In this document: positions 62,520 to 64,000 of the stretch, piece after piece
Position numbering within the stretch: the first letter of the stretch is position 1
Layout: the number at the start of each line of letters is the position of its first letter
Origin: Haliotis cracherodii
Taxonomy: Eukaryota
Assembly (NCBI RefSeq): GCF_022045235.1
Contig: NW_027266264.1
Span: forward strand, 30,070,001-30,134,000
Direction of reading: 5' to 3'
DNA length: 64,000 nt
Made by a program: the position numbers and the translations under genes
Notes under the pieces: model-generated
What the model was told of the DNA's origin: nothing
What the model saw: the letters and a program-made list of their open reading frames with translations, nothing else
The model's database searches: none

Positions 62520-64000
62520 AATTTATCATGGCTATGACTGACTAACATGTGACCTATCCTTCTTGTTACATCTTACATAATGGCAGTTCATGTGACCTAT
62601 CTTTCTTGTTACATCTTACATAACGACAGTTCATGTGACCTATCCTTCTTGTTACATCTTACATAACGACAGTTCATGTGACCTATCCTTCTTGTTACAT
62701 CTTACATAATGGCAGTTCATGTGACCTATCCTTCTTGCTACATCTTACATAATGGCAGTTCATGTGACCTATCCTTCTTGTTACATCTTACATAATGACA
62801 GTTCATGTGACCTATCCTTCTTGCTACATCTTACATAACAGCAGTTCATGTGACCTATCTTTCTTGTTACATCTTACATAACGGCAGTTCATGTGACCTA
62901 TCCTTCTTGTTACATTTTACATAATGGCAGTTCATGTGACCTATCCTTCTTGTTACATCTTACATAATGACAGTTCATGTGACCTATCCTTCTTGCTACA
63001 TCTTACATAACGGCAGTTCATGTGACCTATCTTTCTTGTTACATCTTACATAACGGCAGTTCATGTGACCTATCCTTCTTGTTACATTTTACATAATGGC
63101 AGTTCATGTGACCTATCCTTCTTGTTACATCTTACATAATGACAGTTCATGTGACCTATCCTTCTTGCTACATCTTACATAACAGCAGTTCATGTGACCT
63201 ATCTTTCTTGTTACATCTTACATAACGGCAGTTCATGTGACCTATCCTTCTTGTTACATCTTACATAATGGCAGTTCATGTGACCTATCCTTCTTGTTAC
63301 ATCTTACATAACAGCAGTTCATGTGACCTATCTTTCTTGTTACATCTTACATAACGGAAGTTCATGTGACCTATCCTTCTTGTTACATCTTACATAACGG
63401 CAGTTCATGTTACCTATCCTTCTTTGTCACATATTACATAATGGCAGTTCATGTGACCTATCATTTTTTCATTCATCTTACATAATGGCAGTTCATGTGA
63501 CGCTATCCTTCTTGTTACATCTTACATAACGGCAGTTCATGTGATCTATCCTTCTTGTTACATCTTACATAACGGCAGTTCCTGTAAAAAATCCTTCTTG
63601 TTACATCTTACATAACGGCAGTTCATGTGACCTATCCTTCTTGTTACATCTTACATAACAGCAGTTCATGTGACCTATCCTTCTTGTTACATCTTACATA
63701 ACAGCAGTTCATTTGACCTATCCTTCTTGTTACATCTTACATAACGGCAGTTCATGTGACCTATCTTTCTTGTTACATCTTACACAACGGAAGTTCATGT
63801 GACCTATCCTTCTTGTTACATCTTACATAACAGCAGTTCATGTGACCTATCTTTCTTGTTACATCTTACACAACGGAAGTTCATGTGACCTATCCTTCTT
63901 GTTACATCTTACATAACGGCAGTTCATGTGACCAATCCTTCTTGTTACATCTTACATAACGGCAGTTCATGTGACCTATCCTTCTTGTTACATCTTACAT
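62520..64000. repeat. 43-bp minisatellite running off the window edge
   Basis: Unit gttcatgtgacctatccttcttgttacatcttacataacggca. Confidence 0.97.

Overview
Metazoan genomic DNA, probably a gastropod mollusc (inferred from repeat style and protein sequence, not proven). It carries the 5' part of an unc-13/Munc13 synaptic vesicle priming gene on the minus strand. Ten exons splice with GT-AG sites and matching phases into one frame: post-C2A helix, SEDSDYTSD region, calmodulin-binding helix, IPLVSDL linker, C1 domain, [14 protein letters not shown]2A should lie beyond the right edge and C2B/MUN/C2C beyond the left edge. The most interesting signal is the isoform architecture: a partially duplicated exon (SRQSTQDY), two candidate alternative first coding exons that bypass C2A and the CaM site (one starting MGSLIAK, myristoylation-like), a 9-nt VLK microexon, and a possible phase-linked chain of further microexons before C1. 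About 40% of the window (my estimate) is made of some 25 distinct minisatellites. Several end within 10-50 nt of exons, and four carry 5' splice-site consensus only on the antisense strand. Also present: several SINE-like families with TSDs, a decayed mariner with a nested SINE, an IS3EU-like MITE, a second MITE and a RecQ-fragment TIR element. Nearly all long ORFs in the track are satellite read-through. No CRISPR or prokaryotic system is seen.
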